Notes: generated by a model not told the origin, from the letters alone. A stretch of 64,000 bases of DNA from Alphaproteobacteria bacterium (GCA_965205265.1 CBDBGH010000003.1:4768001-4832000); one strand, 5' to 3'; numbered from the stretch's first letter, positions 29,346 through 39,488 are shown. Numbers and translations: made by a program.

Positions 29346-30182
29346 ATGAACGGAACGCCGCTGGAATTCAGCTGGCCGGAGCGGTCGGAGATCGAGGAAG
29401 CGCTGATCCTGGAAAGGGCGCTCGGGATCGGGCCGTTCGAGGTCCTCGTTTGCCAGGACCTGAACGCGGAGCCCGGCCGGAGGAACGACGACACGGACCC
29501 GCCGACCCTGGTGCTGCACGACGGACGGTGGGAATCGCCCGGAGGATATGCGCTCGGCGCACCGTTCGAGACGATCCCCGATCCCGGCGACCTCCCCAGG
29601 GAGCGGATGGAGAGGGTGATGGCGGCGCTCGGCGTGGACGGGGAAGAGTATGCCGATTTCCTGGAGCGGTCCGGGATCGACGGCAGTGCGCCCTTCTCGC
29701 AGACGGAGATGTTCGAGGAGTTCGTGGACTGCCTGCTGGTCGATCTGCGCGGTGTCCCGGCGTTGAAGACGCCGGGCGCGTCCTGCGACGAGTATCTGGA
29801 TGCGCTGAAAGGCGTCTATGAGGCTCTCGGGCTGCCGGCCGGGCGCTTCTCGGTGACGGACAGGTGGCAACGGCACAAGACCGAGTGCCTGGTGGTGTTG
29901 ACGGCCGGGTGGGCGGCCCGGACGTTCGAGGACCGCAAGCTGCCGTCAGGCCAGCTGGAGACGGAGATCCGGATGCTGCGCGAGAGGATGACGCAGCAGG
30001 TCAACGGAGAGATCTACCGCGTGGAGATCAGGGACGCCGATACCGGGGATTCCCTGGATGTCGTGGGTGGCCTCTGGGGCGTTGGGGATGTTGAGGAGCA
30101 TCTGCGCGAAAACCTCCCGGAACTGGCCGAAACGCTTGTGCAACGGCGTGCACCGGAAGGTCTGTCCGACCCCGGCTTATAA
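29346..30182 (+). CDS. Cargo paralog family A, member 2
   Basis: EYLDAL..VYEALGLPAGRF; VNGEIYRVEI...VGGLWG. Confidence 0.7.
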   Translation: MNGTPLEFSWPERSEIEEALILERALGIGPFEVLVCQDLNAEPGRRNDDTDPPTLVLHDGRWESPGGYALGAPFETIPDPGDLPRERMERVMAALGVDGEEYADFLERSGIDGSAPFSQTEMFEEFVDCLLVDLRGVPALKTPGASCDEYLDALKGVYEALGLPAGRFSVTDRWQRHKTECLVVLTAGWAARTFEDRKLPSGQLETEIRMLRERMTQQVNGEIYRVEIRDADTGDSLDVVGGLWGVGDVEEHLRENLPELAETLVQRRAPEGLSDPGL

Positions 30183-30236
30183 CGATTTGCTTGACATTGC
30201 AATCCGATTGGCATAGTAATCGGATAGCTGTATGCA
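30183..30236 (+). promoter_or_regulatory. Operator/promoter site 2 upstream of the DUF5131 operon
   Basis: CAATCCGATTG 30200-30210 and TAATCGGATAG 30217-30227; TTGACA-17-TAGTAA and TTGGCA-17-TATGCA. Confidence 0.7.
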
Positions 30237-30255
30237 AGCTGCGGGGAGGCGGCCC

Positions 30256-30474
30256 ATGGACGCTCCGGCCTTTCAGTGCATGACGTGCCGTGCGCCCATA
30301 TCCGAGGAGCGGTTGCGCGAGCGGATGAAGAATCCGCCGGGGCAGTGCGACAATTGCGGCGGCGTGGCGATTCTCCAGGCCGACGGAGGAGAGAGGCTGA
30401 AGGAAATCGCCTCGGAGGTCGGCGTCGGGGTAATGGACGTCGATATGGGCCGTTTCAGGTGGCCGGCATCATGA
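30256..30474 (+). CDS. Small zinc-ribbon protein
   Basis: CMTC...CDNC; GGAGG RBS. Confidence 0.6.
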   Translation: MDAPAFQCMTCRAPISEERLRERMKNPPGQCDNCGGVAILQADGGERLKEIASEVGVGVMDVDMGRFRWPAS

Positions 30475-31304
30475 TTCCTTCCAAGGAAGAGGTTCTTGCG
30501 GTCACGCCGGCGGCGCTTGTCGGCTGGGCGAGGCGAACGGGATGGCGTCACAGGGAGCGGTTCAGATACGCGGAGGTGTTTGCGCATAATGGTGAGGACG
30601 AAACCGTCGTCCTGCCCTGGAAGCGCGATATCGGCGACTATGCGAGCCGGGTCTGGGATGCCGTGAAGATCTTCGCGGCCCAGGCGGAAACCCACGAGCT
30701 GTTCGTGCTGCGCGAACTTCTGGCGGCCGACCGCGACCTGCTGAATGTCGCGGTGACGCGGCAGTCCTCGCGGTCCGGGAATGAGCCGGGAAGCCGGGAG
30801 ATTCTGGACGGTGTCCGTGTGCTGCTCGGCCGCGGCGACGGGGAGGAGGATCCCGTATGGTGGTCCTCGGATGCCGTCGTGGCGCGGCGCGGCCGTTTCT
30901 CGGTGTCGGTCCTGGCGCCTGCAGAGGCAGGAAGCGACCATGACGGCCTTCCGCGCGGCCGGGCTGTCCCGGACCTGATGGCGAAGCTCGGGGCCGCCAG
31001 ACATGCGGTGGACCGCTTCAAGCGGGACCTTCTTCCGGGAGACCCGCTTGAGCCTTCGGTCGCAACGGCCCGGGAAAGGGGTGTCACCGCCGATATGTTC
31101 AGGGTCCTGCGCGAGATGACCCTGGATTTCGGACAGGTCGCCTTCAGCATGGAGGGGGGCTGGAATGTCGCGGCGGAGCCACCGGCGAACGAGGTGGTGT
31201 TCCCGTCCGAGGACTCGCCGCTTCTGGCGATGGCGGAGAGGTGTCTCATGTCTGGGCCTCGGGAGGCGGGGGCCGACGGAGGTCCGGCGCCGGAAGGGCC
31301 GTGA
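30471..31304 (+). CDS. Hypothetical protein
   Basis: ATGA overlap; ALVGWARRTGW...VLP....GDYASRV pattern; ends PAPEGP. Confidence 0.65.
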   Translation: MIPSKEEVLAVTPAALVGWARRTGWRHRERFRYAEVFAHNGEDETVVLPWKRDIGDYASRVWDAVKIFAAQAETHELFVLRELLAADRDLLNVAVTRQSSRSGNEPGSREILDGVRVLLGRGDGEEDPVWWSSDAVVARRGRFSVSVLAPAEAGSDHDGLPRGRAVPDLMAKLGAARHAVDRFKRDLLPGDPLEPSVATARERGVTADMFRVLREMTLDFGQVAFSMEGGWNVAAEPPANEVVFPSEDSPLLAMAERCLMSGPREAGADGGPAPEGP

Positions 31305-31308
31305 CGCG

Positions 31309-32505
31309 ATGGCGGACAGCACGAAAATCGAGTGGACGGACGCGACCTGGAATCCGGTGATCGGCTGCCGGGTGCTCACCCCTGGCTGCACGAACTGCTA
31401 TGCCATGCGGCTCGCCGGAGGGCGGTTCCGGAACCATTCGAGCCGGTCCGGGCTGACGAGCAAGAGCCGAGCCGGTCCTGTCTGGACCGGCGAGGTGCGC
31501 TGGAACGAGGCGCGGTACGAGGAGCCGCTGCGCTGGCGGCGGCCCCGGCGGATCTTTGTCGTGGCCCACGGGGACCTGTTCTATGCGCCCCGGAGGTGGA
31601 TCGTGCGGGTCTGGGCGGCGATGACGCTCGCTCCGCAACATTGCTTCCAGGTGCTGACGAAGCGGTCGGCCCGCATGCGGCGGATCCTGAACGACCCGGA
31701 TTTCAGGCGCGAGGTCGAGGAGGAATGCGCCGCCCTGATCCGGCTGCGCAAGCTGCCGGGGAAGGCGCCTGGCCTGCATCCCTCGCGATGGACGGATCCG
31801 GAGGACGGCGTGCCGGAAGCGGCCTCCTGGCCGCCGGACAATATCCATGTCGGGATTTCGGCCGAGGACCAGCCCCGGCTTGAGGAACGCTGGCCCGACC
31901 TGGCGCTGGCGGATGTCGCCCTGCGTTTCATCAGCGCCGAGCCGCTGCTCGGGCGTCTGGATATTACCAGGGTGTCGATCGGCGAAAGACTCGTCGATAT
32001 CCGCGTGCCGGCCTTCGGGCTCCCGCCGGTCGAGTGGATCATCGCCGGCGGCGAGAGCCAGACCGGAGCCCGCCCGATGCATCCGTCCTGGGTGAGGGAG
32101 CTGCGGGACCGGTGCGCGCCTGTCGCGCTGCCCTTTTTCTTCAAGCAGTGGGGCGACTGGTTGCCGGGGGAATACGTCGCGTCGGACAGTCCCGGGGACC
32201 GTTTCGGCTACAATCTCAGGCAGGACGGCGTCAGGGGGGACTGGGACGACTGGGAAGACGGCCCGCTCGGGCCGGGCCGCTACGCCTGCTGGGACTCCGG
32301 CGGCGGCGTCCACTACGATGTGTCGCGGGATCGCAAGAAGCGGGCCGCGTTTCTGGAACGCTACGGGCGGCCGACAGCCTGGGCCTTCCGTGTCGGGAAG
32401 AAGAAGGCCGAACGCCTGTTGGACGGGCGGTTGCACGACGCCATGCCGCCGATGCCTGACCCGTTCCCGATGCCTGACCCGTTCCCGATGCGTGAGGCCG
32501 CGTGA
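31309..32505 (+). CDS. DUF5131 / phage Gp37-Gp68 family protein (radical-SAM-like), copy 1
   Basis: TKIEWTDATWNPVIGC......CTNCYA, GDLF, QVLTKR, SAEPLLG, WIIAGGES, FFFKQWG. Confidence 0.92.
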   Translation: MADSTKIEWTDATWNPVIGCRVLTPGCTNCYAMRLAGGRFRNHSSRSGLTSKSRAGPVWTGEVRWNEARYEEPLRWRRPRRIFVVAHGDLFYAPRRWIVRVWAAMTLAPQHCFQVLTKRSARMRRILNDPDFRREVEEECAALIRLRKLPGKAPGLHPSRWTDPEDGVPEAASWPPDNIHVGISAEDQPRLEERWPDLALADVALRFISAEPLLGRLDITRVSIGERLVDIRVPAFGLPPVEWIIAGGESQTGARPMHPSWVRELRDRCAPVALPFFFKQWGDWLPGEYVASDSPGDRFGYNLRQDGVRGDWDDWEDGPLGPGRYACWDSGGGVHYDVSRDRKKRAAFLERYGRPTAWAFRVGKKKAERLLDGRLHDAMPPMPDPFPMPDPFPMREAA

Positions 32506-33530
32506 GCGCCCGGGGTGAATCCGATGCGGGGGCCGCTGCCATGAAGGCGACCGTCTGGAATCCGGTGACGGGCTGTTCGGTCGTCTCGCCGGGATGCGAG
32601 AATTGCGATGCGATGAGGCTGGCCGGAAGGGCGGGGGCCCAGCCGGCGGCCCGGGCCGGGCTCACCCGTCCGGGCAAGACGGGTCCGGTGTGGAACGGCG
32701 CGCTGCGGCTGAACAGGGAGTCGGTCAACGACCCCCTGGTGACCTGGAGGAAGCCGCGCTGGATTGTCGTGAATGCCCATGGCGATCTTTTCCATGAGAC
32801 GATTCCGCACAAATGGATCGACCTGGTGTTTTCCGTCATGGCGATGGCGCGCCGGCACTGGTTCTATGTCTGCACGAAGCGCCCGGAGCGGATGCACAGA
32901 TATCTTGCGGAGCCCCGGGTGAGGCGCACGGTGGCGGAAGGCCCGCCTCTCCTGATCGAGCGCATGGAAAACATCATCGACGCCCGGTGGGAAGTCCGTC
33001 GGACGACCTGGCCCTGGGCGCATGAGGAAAGCGAGCGCTGGCCGCTCCGCAACCTCTGTCTGGCGGTCTCGGTGGAGGACCGGGAACGCCTGACGCGCCT
33101 GGACTGGCTTCGCGGGACCGAGGCGGCGGCCCGGGCCCTGGTGCTGGAGCCCCTGCTCGAGGACCCCGGTGTCCTGAACCTGGACGGACTCCATTGGGTG
33201 GTTCTCGGAGGGGAAACCGGACCGCAAGCGCGCCCGATGCACCCCGATTGGGTGCGATCGGTCCGGGACCAGTGCCTGGAGGCCGGGGTGCCGTTCTATT
33301 TCCGCCAGTGGGGCAATTGGGGCGGTCCCTGGGCCCCCGGCCCCGGACGGTCCGGCAGGCGGAACGCCTGGAAGCTCGAGACCCTGAACCACAAGCCCCT
33401 TCCGGGCAATGCCGGCCTCTACATGATGCGGGTCGGCAAGAAGCGTGCGGGCCGCGAACTCGACGGCAGGACGCATGACGACCTGCCGACGGTATGGGGA
33501 CCGGCGCAGGCCGGGCGGGCCGCGCCGTGA
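32502..33530 (+). CDS. DUF5131 family protein, copy 2
   Basis: WNPVTGCSVVSPGCENCDA, GDLFHE, TKRPERM, EPLL, WVVLGGETG, FRQWG. Confidence 0.9.
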   Translation: MSARGESDAGAAAMKATVWNPVTGCSVVSPGCENCDAMRLAGRAGAQPAARAGLTRPGKTGPVWNGALRLNRESVNDPLVTWRKPRWIVVNAHGDLFHETIPHKWIDLVFSVMAMARRHWFYVCTKRPERMHRYLAEPRVRRTVAEGPPLLIERMENIIDARWEVRRTTWPWAHEESERWPLRNLCLAVSVEDRERLTRLDWLRGTEAAARALVLEPLLEDPGVLNLDGLHWVVLGGETGPQARPMHPDWVRSVRDQCLEAGVPFYFRQWGNWGGPWAPGPGRSGRRNAWKLETLNHKPLPGNAGLYMMRVGKKRAGRELDGRTHDDLPTVWGPAQAGRAAP

Positions 33531-34633
33531 GCGAGGGGTTCAGGCCGCAAGACGGCAATCCCGCCATCTGGCGTCCGCTGCATGCGGGCGAGGACGGGAT
33601 GGACGCGACGGTGCGGAAAAGCGCTTCGATACATCTGCCGCGGTCGATCCCGGGGACCAGGCTGCTTGAGGTGTCCCCGGAGATCGATCCGTTCGACCGG
33701 CGCGTTGCGGACGATCTGCGCGACCGGATATGGGGGACGATGCTTGCCTGCCAGGAGCACCGGTTCCTGGTGACGACCGCGCATACGGACCGCATGGCGG
33801 CGTATCTGGAGGCTGGCCCGCGGCGGTTCTGGCGCGACTATGCGGCGGACGTTCCGGCCAATGCCTTCCGCGGAATTCCCGCAGGCGGCGACGACGGGAT
33901 CGGCGACGGTGCGCTGCCGGGCAATATCTGGCTCGGAGCCCGCGTATCGAATACGGCCGACCTCAGGGCCCGGGCTCCGGCCCTTCTGGGCCTGGAGGCG
34001 CCTGTAAGGGTCCTGAAGGCCGTTCCGCTGACGGGCAATCTCTGCGTGCCGACGGGATATTCGACGGTATCTCTCGAGACCTTCGCAACGAGCCCTTGCG
34101 ATATGGACGGTGCGAGGGCGATGCATCCGCACTGGCGGCACGAACAGGGCAGCTACAACATGCTGGCCGGGACCTGGTGGGCGGCGGTCGGCGATCCCGA
34201 TTTCGAGTCCTCTTCAGTGGAGGAGGAATTGCCGCGCATCCACTGGATCCTCGCCGGCGGCTCGTCGGGCCCGGACAGCGAGCCGGTGCATCCCGACTGG
34301 GTCCGAGGCCTGCGGGACCTCTGTGCGGGTTACGGCATTCCGTTCCTGTTCCAGGGTTGGGGCGACTGGACCTGGGACGAGGAGGCGACGTTCGAGGAGG
34401 CGGCCCGTGTGGCCGGCGGTCGCGACCATGTCCACTACAGCTGCGGCAGGACGGCAATCCGTTCGGCGCCCGGGCCGCGCGAGGGTCCGGAAAAGCCCTT
34501 CGGCGCAGGCCTCGATGGCGAGGAGCATGCCGGTCTGCCGTCGGCAGACGCCGATTTCCGGGACACGGAACGCCCGGCGATGGCGCTCGGCGTCCGGGAC
34601 CGCGTCCACCGACCGGAGGAGCCGGAACTTTAG
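33527..34633 (+). CDS. Degenerate DUF5131 family protein, copy 3 (lacks the Cys triad)
   Basis: Keeps NIWLG, WILAGGSSGP..PVHPDWVRGLRDLC and FLFQGWG, but has no CxxxxxxCxxC. Confidence 0.75.
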   Translation: MSEGFRPQDGNPAIWRPLHAGEDGMDATVRKSASIHLPRSIPGTRLLEVSPEIDPFDRRVADDLRDRIWGTMLACQEHRFLVTTAHTDRMAAYLEAGPRRFWRDYAADVPANAFRGIPAGGDDGIGDGALPGNIWLGARVSNTADLRARAPALLGLEAPVRVLKAVPLTGNLCVPTGYSTVSLETFATSPCDMDGARAMHPHWRHEQGSYNMLAGTWWAAVGDPDFESSSVEEELPRIHWILAGGSSGPDSEPVHPDWVRGLRDLCAGYGIPFLFQGWGDWTWDEEATFEEAARVAGGRDHVHYSCGRTAIRSAPGPREGPEKPFGAGLDGEEHAGLPSADADFRDTERPAMALGVRDRVHRPEEPEL

Positions 34634-34752
34634 CGAAGGCTGCTTGAGGGCTCCCGTGTGTTAGCGACGGTTAGGAAGGGCGTTTATTTGCTGGCGCGGA
34701 ACGGCCGGTTTGTGCGGCTTGCGAGCAGCGTCGCATGGGTTAGGTGTTGCGT

Positions 34753-35646
34753 TCATCTGATTGGGCGGTCATCGGTTTCGAGCGGCTCGCCGTCGCGGTC
34801 ACGGATGAGCATGTCGTTCCAGTCCTGGTTTTCGAGGGCCGGTCGCATTCGGACGATTCTTGTGTCGTTGTCTTGCATGCGGCGGGCGGCGTGATCGCCG
34901 TATCGTGTAGCGTCCCAGGCACAGAAGATACGGCGCGGGTTCCAGGCCTCGACCCATTTGGGGATTCTGGCCGTGATGGCGCCGGTGGAGACGACGGCGC
35001 ATTTGCTGCGTTTTTCCGGGACGAGGTGGAGGGAGAGGATCGACAGGGCGTCGAGGGCGCTGCCGGTGAGGATGACGGTGCCGGGCCAGTCGGGCTCCCA
35101 TGACATCCAGAAGCCGCCGTCTGCGGCCGGCTCCTGCGCTGCGGGGAGGGTCTCTATGCCGACCACCTTGCTGGCGGCGTTTCGGCGGAGGAACACGGGA
35201 TTGCCGCGCCGGTCGGCACGGATCAGGCCGAGGCCTCGGCATAGCTCGACGAGCGCGTCGGCGAGGCCGCGCTGCTCGATGAGGTATTGCCGCAGCGCCG
35301 GCCAGCGAGGGTCCTGGCACGAGGGCTCCGCCTCACAGCGACTGTTCGGGAGCCGTGAGTGGCGCGGCAGTTGGGCGAGGAAGTCGAGGGCTTCGGTCGT
35401 TGGGCATCCGAGCGCATGAACCGCCAGCTGGATGGCCCCGGCGCCTCCCTCTCCGCGCAGATGGTCGTAGAACATGAAGCGGTTGATGGAGAGGACCGAA
35501 CCGGCTCGTCTCCAGCGCGCGGCATCGGCGGGATCGCGGCGATAGCCGAGGGCGTGGACCACGTCTTCGAGGGGGCAGCTTCGCAGCCCCTCGGCCCGCA
35601 GGCGGCGATCCCATGGATGCAGATGCTGCACGGCTGGCTCAGGCAT
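34753..35646 (-). CDS. DUF3991/TOPRIM-like (primase-derived) passenger protein
   Basis: [41 protein letters not shown]; start overlaps the istB stop. Confidence 0.7.
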   Translation of the reverse strand: MPEPAVQHLHPWDRRLRAEGLRSCPLEDVVHALGYRRDPADAARWRRAGSVLSINRFMFYDHLRGEGGAGAIQLAVHALGCPTTEALDFLAQLPRHSRLPNSRCEAEPSCQDPRWPALRQYLIEQRGLADALVELCRGLGLIRADRRGNPVFLRRNAASKVVGIETLPAAQEPAADGGFWMSWEPDWPGTVILTGSALDALSILSLHLVPEKRSKCAVVSTGAITARIPKWVEAWNPRRIFCAWDATRYGDHAARRMQDNDTRIVRMRPALENQDWNDMLIRDRDGEPLETDDRPIR

Positions 35647-36424
35647 CCCCCGTGTCTTGCGCCGTGCTCTTGCCCGCTCCTTTTGCCGATCGCCGCCGGC
35701 GGCGATCGGCGCTGCGCTGCTTCTGGCGTTCCTCGGCCTCCTTGCGGCGGTATGAGTCGCCGTCGATGGCGAGGATCTCGGCATTGTGGACGAGCCGGTC
35801 GACAAGGGCCACGAGGCAGGCGGCGTTGGGGAAGGCCTCGCTCCACTCGGCGAAGGGGCGGTTTGTGGTGATGATGGTGGAGCGCTGCTGGCTGCGGCTT
35901 GAGACGATATTGAACAGCAGGTCGGCATGACGGTTGGAGTAGGAGAGATATCCGACTTCGTCGATGACCAGGAGGTGCTGGCGGGCGTAGAAGCGCAGCC
36001 TGCGCTGGAGCATTGTGTCGGAGTCGATGGCGGCGAGCTCGCCGAGCAGGCTGGCGGCGGTTGCGAAGCGCACGGTGTGGCCTTCGAGGACGGCGCGGTG
36101 TGCGATATTGGCGGCGATTGTGGACTTGCCGACGCCGTTGGGGCCGATGAGGACGACATTGGCGCCCTCGCGGAGGAAGTTGAGGGTCATGAGGTCCTCG
36201 ACGGCCATGCGGTCGCATCGCCTTGGCCAGTCCCAGTCGAAGTCGGCGAGCGGCTTGAACTGTCCGAGGCGGGCGGCGGTGAGGCGTCGCCTGAGGCTTC
36301 GGCTTCGCCTCTCTTCCTCTTCCCATGCGATCAGGGGCGGGAGCCAGTCGCGCTCCGCAACCTCGCTCCAGTGGGCGAGGAGGCCGTGCAGTCCGAGCGC
36401 CGTGGCGCGGTCCTTGAGGGTCAT
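35639..36424 (-). CDS. istB: IS21 helper ATPase IstB
   Basis: [36 protein letters not shown]. Confidence 0.95.
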   Translation of the reverse strand: MTLKDRATALGLHGLLAHWSEVAERDWLPPLIAWEEEERRSRSLRRRLTAARLGQFKPLADFDWDWPRRCDRMAVEDLMTLNFLREGANVVLIGPNGVGKSTIAANIAHRAVLEGHTVRFATAASLLGELAAIDSDTMLQRRLRFYARQHLLVIDEVGYLSYSNRHADLLFNIVSSRSQQRSTIITTNRPFAEWSEAFPNAACLVALVDRLVHNAEILAIDGDSYRRKEAEERQKQRSADRRRRRSAKGAGKSTAQDTGDA

Positions 36425-37926
36425 TCTTCGCTGTCCTCCTCGTGGTGGCTTGCGAGCCCGTCGTATCCGCCGAGGTCGTGATCGCGGACCGCGATATCGC
36501 GCAGTCTTGGATCGCCGGGCAGGTCGATGGGGATGGGTGGTGGCTCGTTGCGCTGTTCGCGCCGCCGGTTCAGGCTGAAGCGCACCGCATTGGGATGGGG
36601 GACGCCGCGCTCAAGGGCTTCATCGATGGCGGCTTCGAGTTCGACGGCTCCGTAGTCGTCGAGCAGGCGCAGCAGGGAGGCGACGGTTGTGCCGATATTG
36701 CCGCCGCGCCTGGCGGTCTCGGCAAGCAGGCGCTCGCTGTCGGGGGCGGCCTGGAGAAGGCGGCTCTGCCCGCGCAGGCGGTGGGCGTGACGTTTGAGCC
36801 TGACCAGCTCCTCGATGTGCTCGGGGGTCTCGATGCGGGCCGCCTTGTCGAAGCTGCGCGGATGACGGGCGACGGTGTCGGCGCCGTCGAGGATGCGTAC
36901 CTCCTCCAGTGTCGCGACCACGGTGAGGGTGCGCCGCGTATGGGTATGCGGGACGCTATAGTCATTGAGGTCGAACCTGGCGTAGGGGGTCTTGCCGATC
37001 CTGACCTCGACCCTCTCGTCGACGGGGGGCCGGTCGTCGGGCAGCGCCATCAGGGAGCCGCGCTCGCGCTCGAAGGCCTCGCGCACGGTGAGGGAGCGGT
37101 CGTCCGGCCAGCGACGGTCGGCGGCGACGCCGTCGCACCAGGCGCGGGCCCGGGCGTTCAGGTCGTCGAGGTCGCGCCAGGCGCGGGCGGCGAAGAAGTT
37201 GTCGCGCACATAGCGTATGGCGCGCTCCACGCGCCCCTTCTCGTTGCCGCGCGCGACCGCGACCGGCTTGGGCAGGAAGCGGTAGCGGGCGGCGAAGTCG
37301 AGGAGCCGGGGGTTGAACCGGATGGCGTCGCCCTGGCGCTCCAGCACGACGCTCTTCAGGTTGTCGTACCATAGCTCGCGGGGCACGCCCTGCCAGGCCT
37401 CGAAGGCCTCGACATGGCCGCGCAGGAAGTTGTCCATCGCGGCATTGAGGTAGAAGTGCAGGAAGATGCGGCGCGAGTAGCTCAGCACCATCACGAAGCC
37501 CATCAGCGGGCGCTCCGCGCGCCCGATCCTCACCTTGCCGAAGTGGGCCCAGTCCACCTGGGCCAGCTCGCCGGGCAGGGTCTTGAGGCGCAGATAGGCC
37601 TCGGCCACAGGCCGCGGGCGCTCCGGCGCGATCATGCGCCGGAAGTGGCTCTGGCTGCCCCGGTAGCCGCGCTCGACCGCCATCTGGTAGAGCCGGCTGG
37701 CTGGCAGCCTGGGCCAGACCGCCAGGGTCTGGCGGATGAAGGGCCGGAACGGATCGATCATCGAAGCCCTGCGCCGCCTCTCACGCGCGGGCGCCCCGGC
37801 GGCCGCTACCGCGCGCTCGACCGTGCCGTGGTGGACGCCGAGCTGGCGCGCGATCGTGCCGATCCTCCACTTCTCGGCAAAATACAGCCGCTGGATCTCG
37901 GCACGGGTCTGCTTGTCGATCGCCAT
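36421..37926 (-). CDS. istA: IS21 transposase IstA
   Basis: N-terminal HTH; PGELAQVDW, YDNLK, EKGRVER. Confidence 0.95.
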   Translation of the reverse strand: MAIDKQTRAEIQRLYFAEKWRIGTIARQLGVHHGTVERAVAAAGAPARERRRRASMIDPFRPFIRQTLAVWPRLPASRLYQMAVERGYRGSQSHFRRMIAPERPRPVAEAYLRLKTLPGELAQVDWAHFGKVRIGRAERPLMGFVMVLSYSRRIFLHFYLNAAMDNFLRGHVEAFEAWQGVPRELWYDNLKSVVLERQGDAIRFNPRLLDFAARYRFLPKPVAVARGNEKGRVERAIRYVRDNFFAARAWRDLDDLNARARAWCDGVAADRRWPDDRSLTVREAFERERGSLMALPDDRPPVDERVEVRIGKTPYARFDLNDYSVPHTHTRRTLTVVATLEEVRILDGADTVARHPRSFDKAARIETPEHIEELVRLKRHAHRLRGQSRLLQAAPDSERLLAETARRGGNIGTTVASLLRLLDDYGAVELEAAIDEALERGVPHPNAVRFSLNRRREQRNEPPPIPIDLPGDPRLRDIAVRDHDLGGYDGLASHHEEDSEE

Positions 37927-37927
37927 C

Positions 37928-38362
37928 TCACTCCCTTCGCGCCTGGCGCAGGCCCGGATAGACCGCCAGGCCGCAGAACCGACCGCAGCGCTCGCAGCGG
38001 AACACCCGGGCGGGACGGTCGGGCCCGAAGGGCCGGGTTCCGGACCGCCCCGCCGGTATGCGCGCCACATCAGGACGCCGGCGCGCGACGGTCAAAGGGT
38101 GATGCGTCACTTTCTGCGCGATGGCCCGAACTGCCGGCTGCCGCACACGGCGCCGTTCGCGGTAGCGCCGCTGGCGCTCGGCATGCTTGTGACGGCCCCG
38201 GCGGCTGTTCTGGTAGCGCTGCCCCGCAAGGCGCACCGACCGACGCCGCGCCCGCCCGCTGCAACGCGGCGAACAGTAGATATGGCCAGAGTCGCAGCGC
38301 CGGCAGAGAACCACCTGGCGGCGGCACAGGGCGCAGGTGAACAGGCGGGCGGCGTTCCTCAT
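37928..38362 (-). CDS. Basic Cys-rich zinc-binding protein upstream of istA
   Basis: CALC...CRRCDSGHIYCSPRC and C-terminal CERCGRFC; lies inside the IS ends. Confidence 0.7.
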   Translation of the reverse strand: MRNAARLFTCALCRRQVVLCRRCDSGHIYCSPRCSGRARRRSVRLAGQRYQNSRRGRHKHAERQRRYRERRRVRQPAVRAIAQKVTHHPLTVARRRPDVARIPAGRSGTRPFGPDRPARVFRCERCGRFCGLAVYPGLRQARRE

Positions 38363-38591
38363 CGCGACCGATGAGAACGGGGTGGACCCACGCCCGGACG
38401 CGCACGATACTGCGCTTCCGGGCCGCGCCTTGCATGGCTCGGGGGGTGCGGCGCCGGTCGTTGCCACCAAGCCAACGGGGCCGGCGCCGCATCGTTCTCA
38501 GAAGCCCCAGTCTACCCCCTGCCGCAGCCCGGGAACGGCCAACCCGGTCGCCAGGACGTCGCCGCCCTCCGGGAGGCGAAAATCTCAACGC

Positions 38592-38648
38592 GACGGGGGC
38601 CGAGGACTCCGGTCGGGCTACGCCCTCCTTCCGTCCTCGGCCCCCGTC
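38592..38648. repeat. 16-bp perfect inverted repeat with an inner hairpin in the IS21 leader
   Basis: GACGGGGGCCGAGGAC...GTCCTCGGCCCCCGTC enclosing GGGC-TAC-GCCC. Confidence 0.85.
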
Positions 38649-38788
38649 ATAAACCCGGCCGCGCCTGTCTCACGCTGTTTGTCGTGCGCACCACAAAAGC
38701 GCGCTACGCCAGCAAATATGCGCCCTTTATGATAATCACCGACACCCGTGTGAAGGATCGCACGGCAATCAGTGCAGGGGAACGAACG

Positions 38789-39421
38789 ATGAGCTATGCC
38801 CGGGCAAAACTAGGGCCGACCTTCATAGGCGTGGCTGTGGGCCTGGCAATCGTAGCAGGCGTTGTGGCGGTGGGGGCGGGGCTGCTATGGGTCATGGGCG
38901 CGTTCACCCAGGCAACGTCCGCGTCTTCGGGGGGGTATTCAATGTTCATTAGCGAGGCTCCGCGCCAGGAAGTGGCCGGGACCGCCCTATCCCCCGCGGC
39001 GTCGTCTGTCACTCTTTCCTGGTCGGATTACCCGTTCAGACCGAGAGGGACGAAACTCATCAGGGTGGGCGACCAATGGAACGCCTATCTCGATTCATGG
39101 AGTCCGGTTCACTGGTATCGCGTGGAGCTGGAGGCGGGGAAGGCCTATGCGGTCGATCTGGCTGTGGCCGGAGACGAAAGCGCGGAGGCCGGGGGCGACG
39201 TGGAAGACGGGCCCCGGCTGGACGCAGTCTGGGATCTTCGGGGCAATCGGGTGTCGGGAGAAGTTCGGAGCGCGACCCGCCCCATGTTGAAGCTGGGCAG
39301 GAACGCCACTCTCGAGAGCCTGACGAAACGAGTGCAACAGCTGATTGTCGTGCCGGAAATGGGCGGCTTCCACTTCATTCCGGTGACGACAAGCGTGGAA
39401 CTCGCCAGCGGCGGAGAATGA
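38789..39421 (+). CDS. Membrane-anchored protein with a PPC-like beta domain
   Basis: N-terminal TM segment; HWYRVELEAGKAYAVDL; paralog of 54579-55172. Confidence 0.6.
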   Translation: MSYARAKLGPTFIGVAVGLAIVAGVVAVGAGLLWVMGAFTQATSASSGGYSMFISEAPRQEVAGTALSPAASSVTLSWSDYPFRPRGTKLIRVGDQWNAYLDSWSPVHWYRVELEAGKAYAVDLAVAGDESAEAGGDVEDGPRLDAVWDLRGNRVSGEVRSATRPMLKLGRNATLESLTKRVQQLIVVPEMGGFHFIPVTTSVELASGGE

Positions 39422-39477
39422 ACGCCGGTATTCCGACGGCCTGAGGATGACCGGCCGTGCCGGTCCGCGGCAAATCG

Positions 39478-39488
39478 CAATCCGATTG
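39478..39488. promoter_or_regulatory. Single CAATCCGATTG box (site 3)
   Basis: Exact consensus box in intergenic DNA between convergent genes. Confidence 0.45.

Larger units (their letters stand above)
34659..38744 (-). mobile_element. IS21-family element with two passenger genes (4086 bp)
   Basis: TG...CA ends; imperfect inverted repeats TGTTAGCGACGGTTAGGAAGGGCGTTTATTTGCTGGCG and TGTCGGTGATTATCATAAAGGGCGCATATTTGCTGGCG; 6-bp target duplication CCCGTG (34653-34658, 38745-38750). Confidence 0.88.

Noticed and set aside
32449-32491. 18-bp tandem duplication (PMPDPF x2) at the end of DUF5131 copy 1
   Set aside because: A simple in-frame slippage outside the domain, with no evidence of function.
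34653-34660. 8-bp target duplication CCCGTGTG for the IS21 element
   Set aside because: It would remove the canonical 5'-TG end; a 6-bp duplication with TG...CA ends aligns the inverted repeats better.
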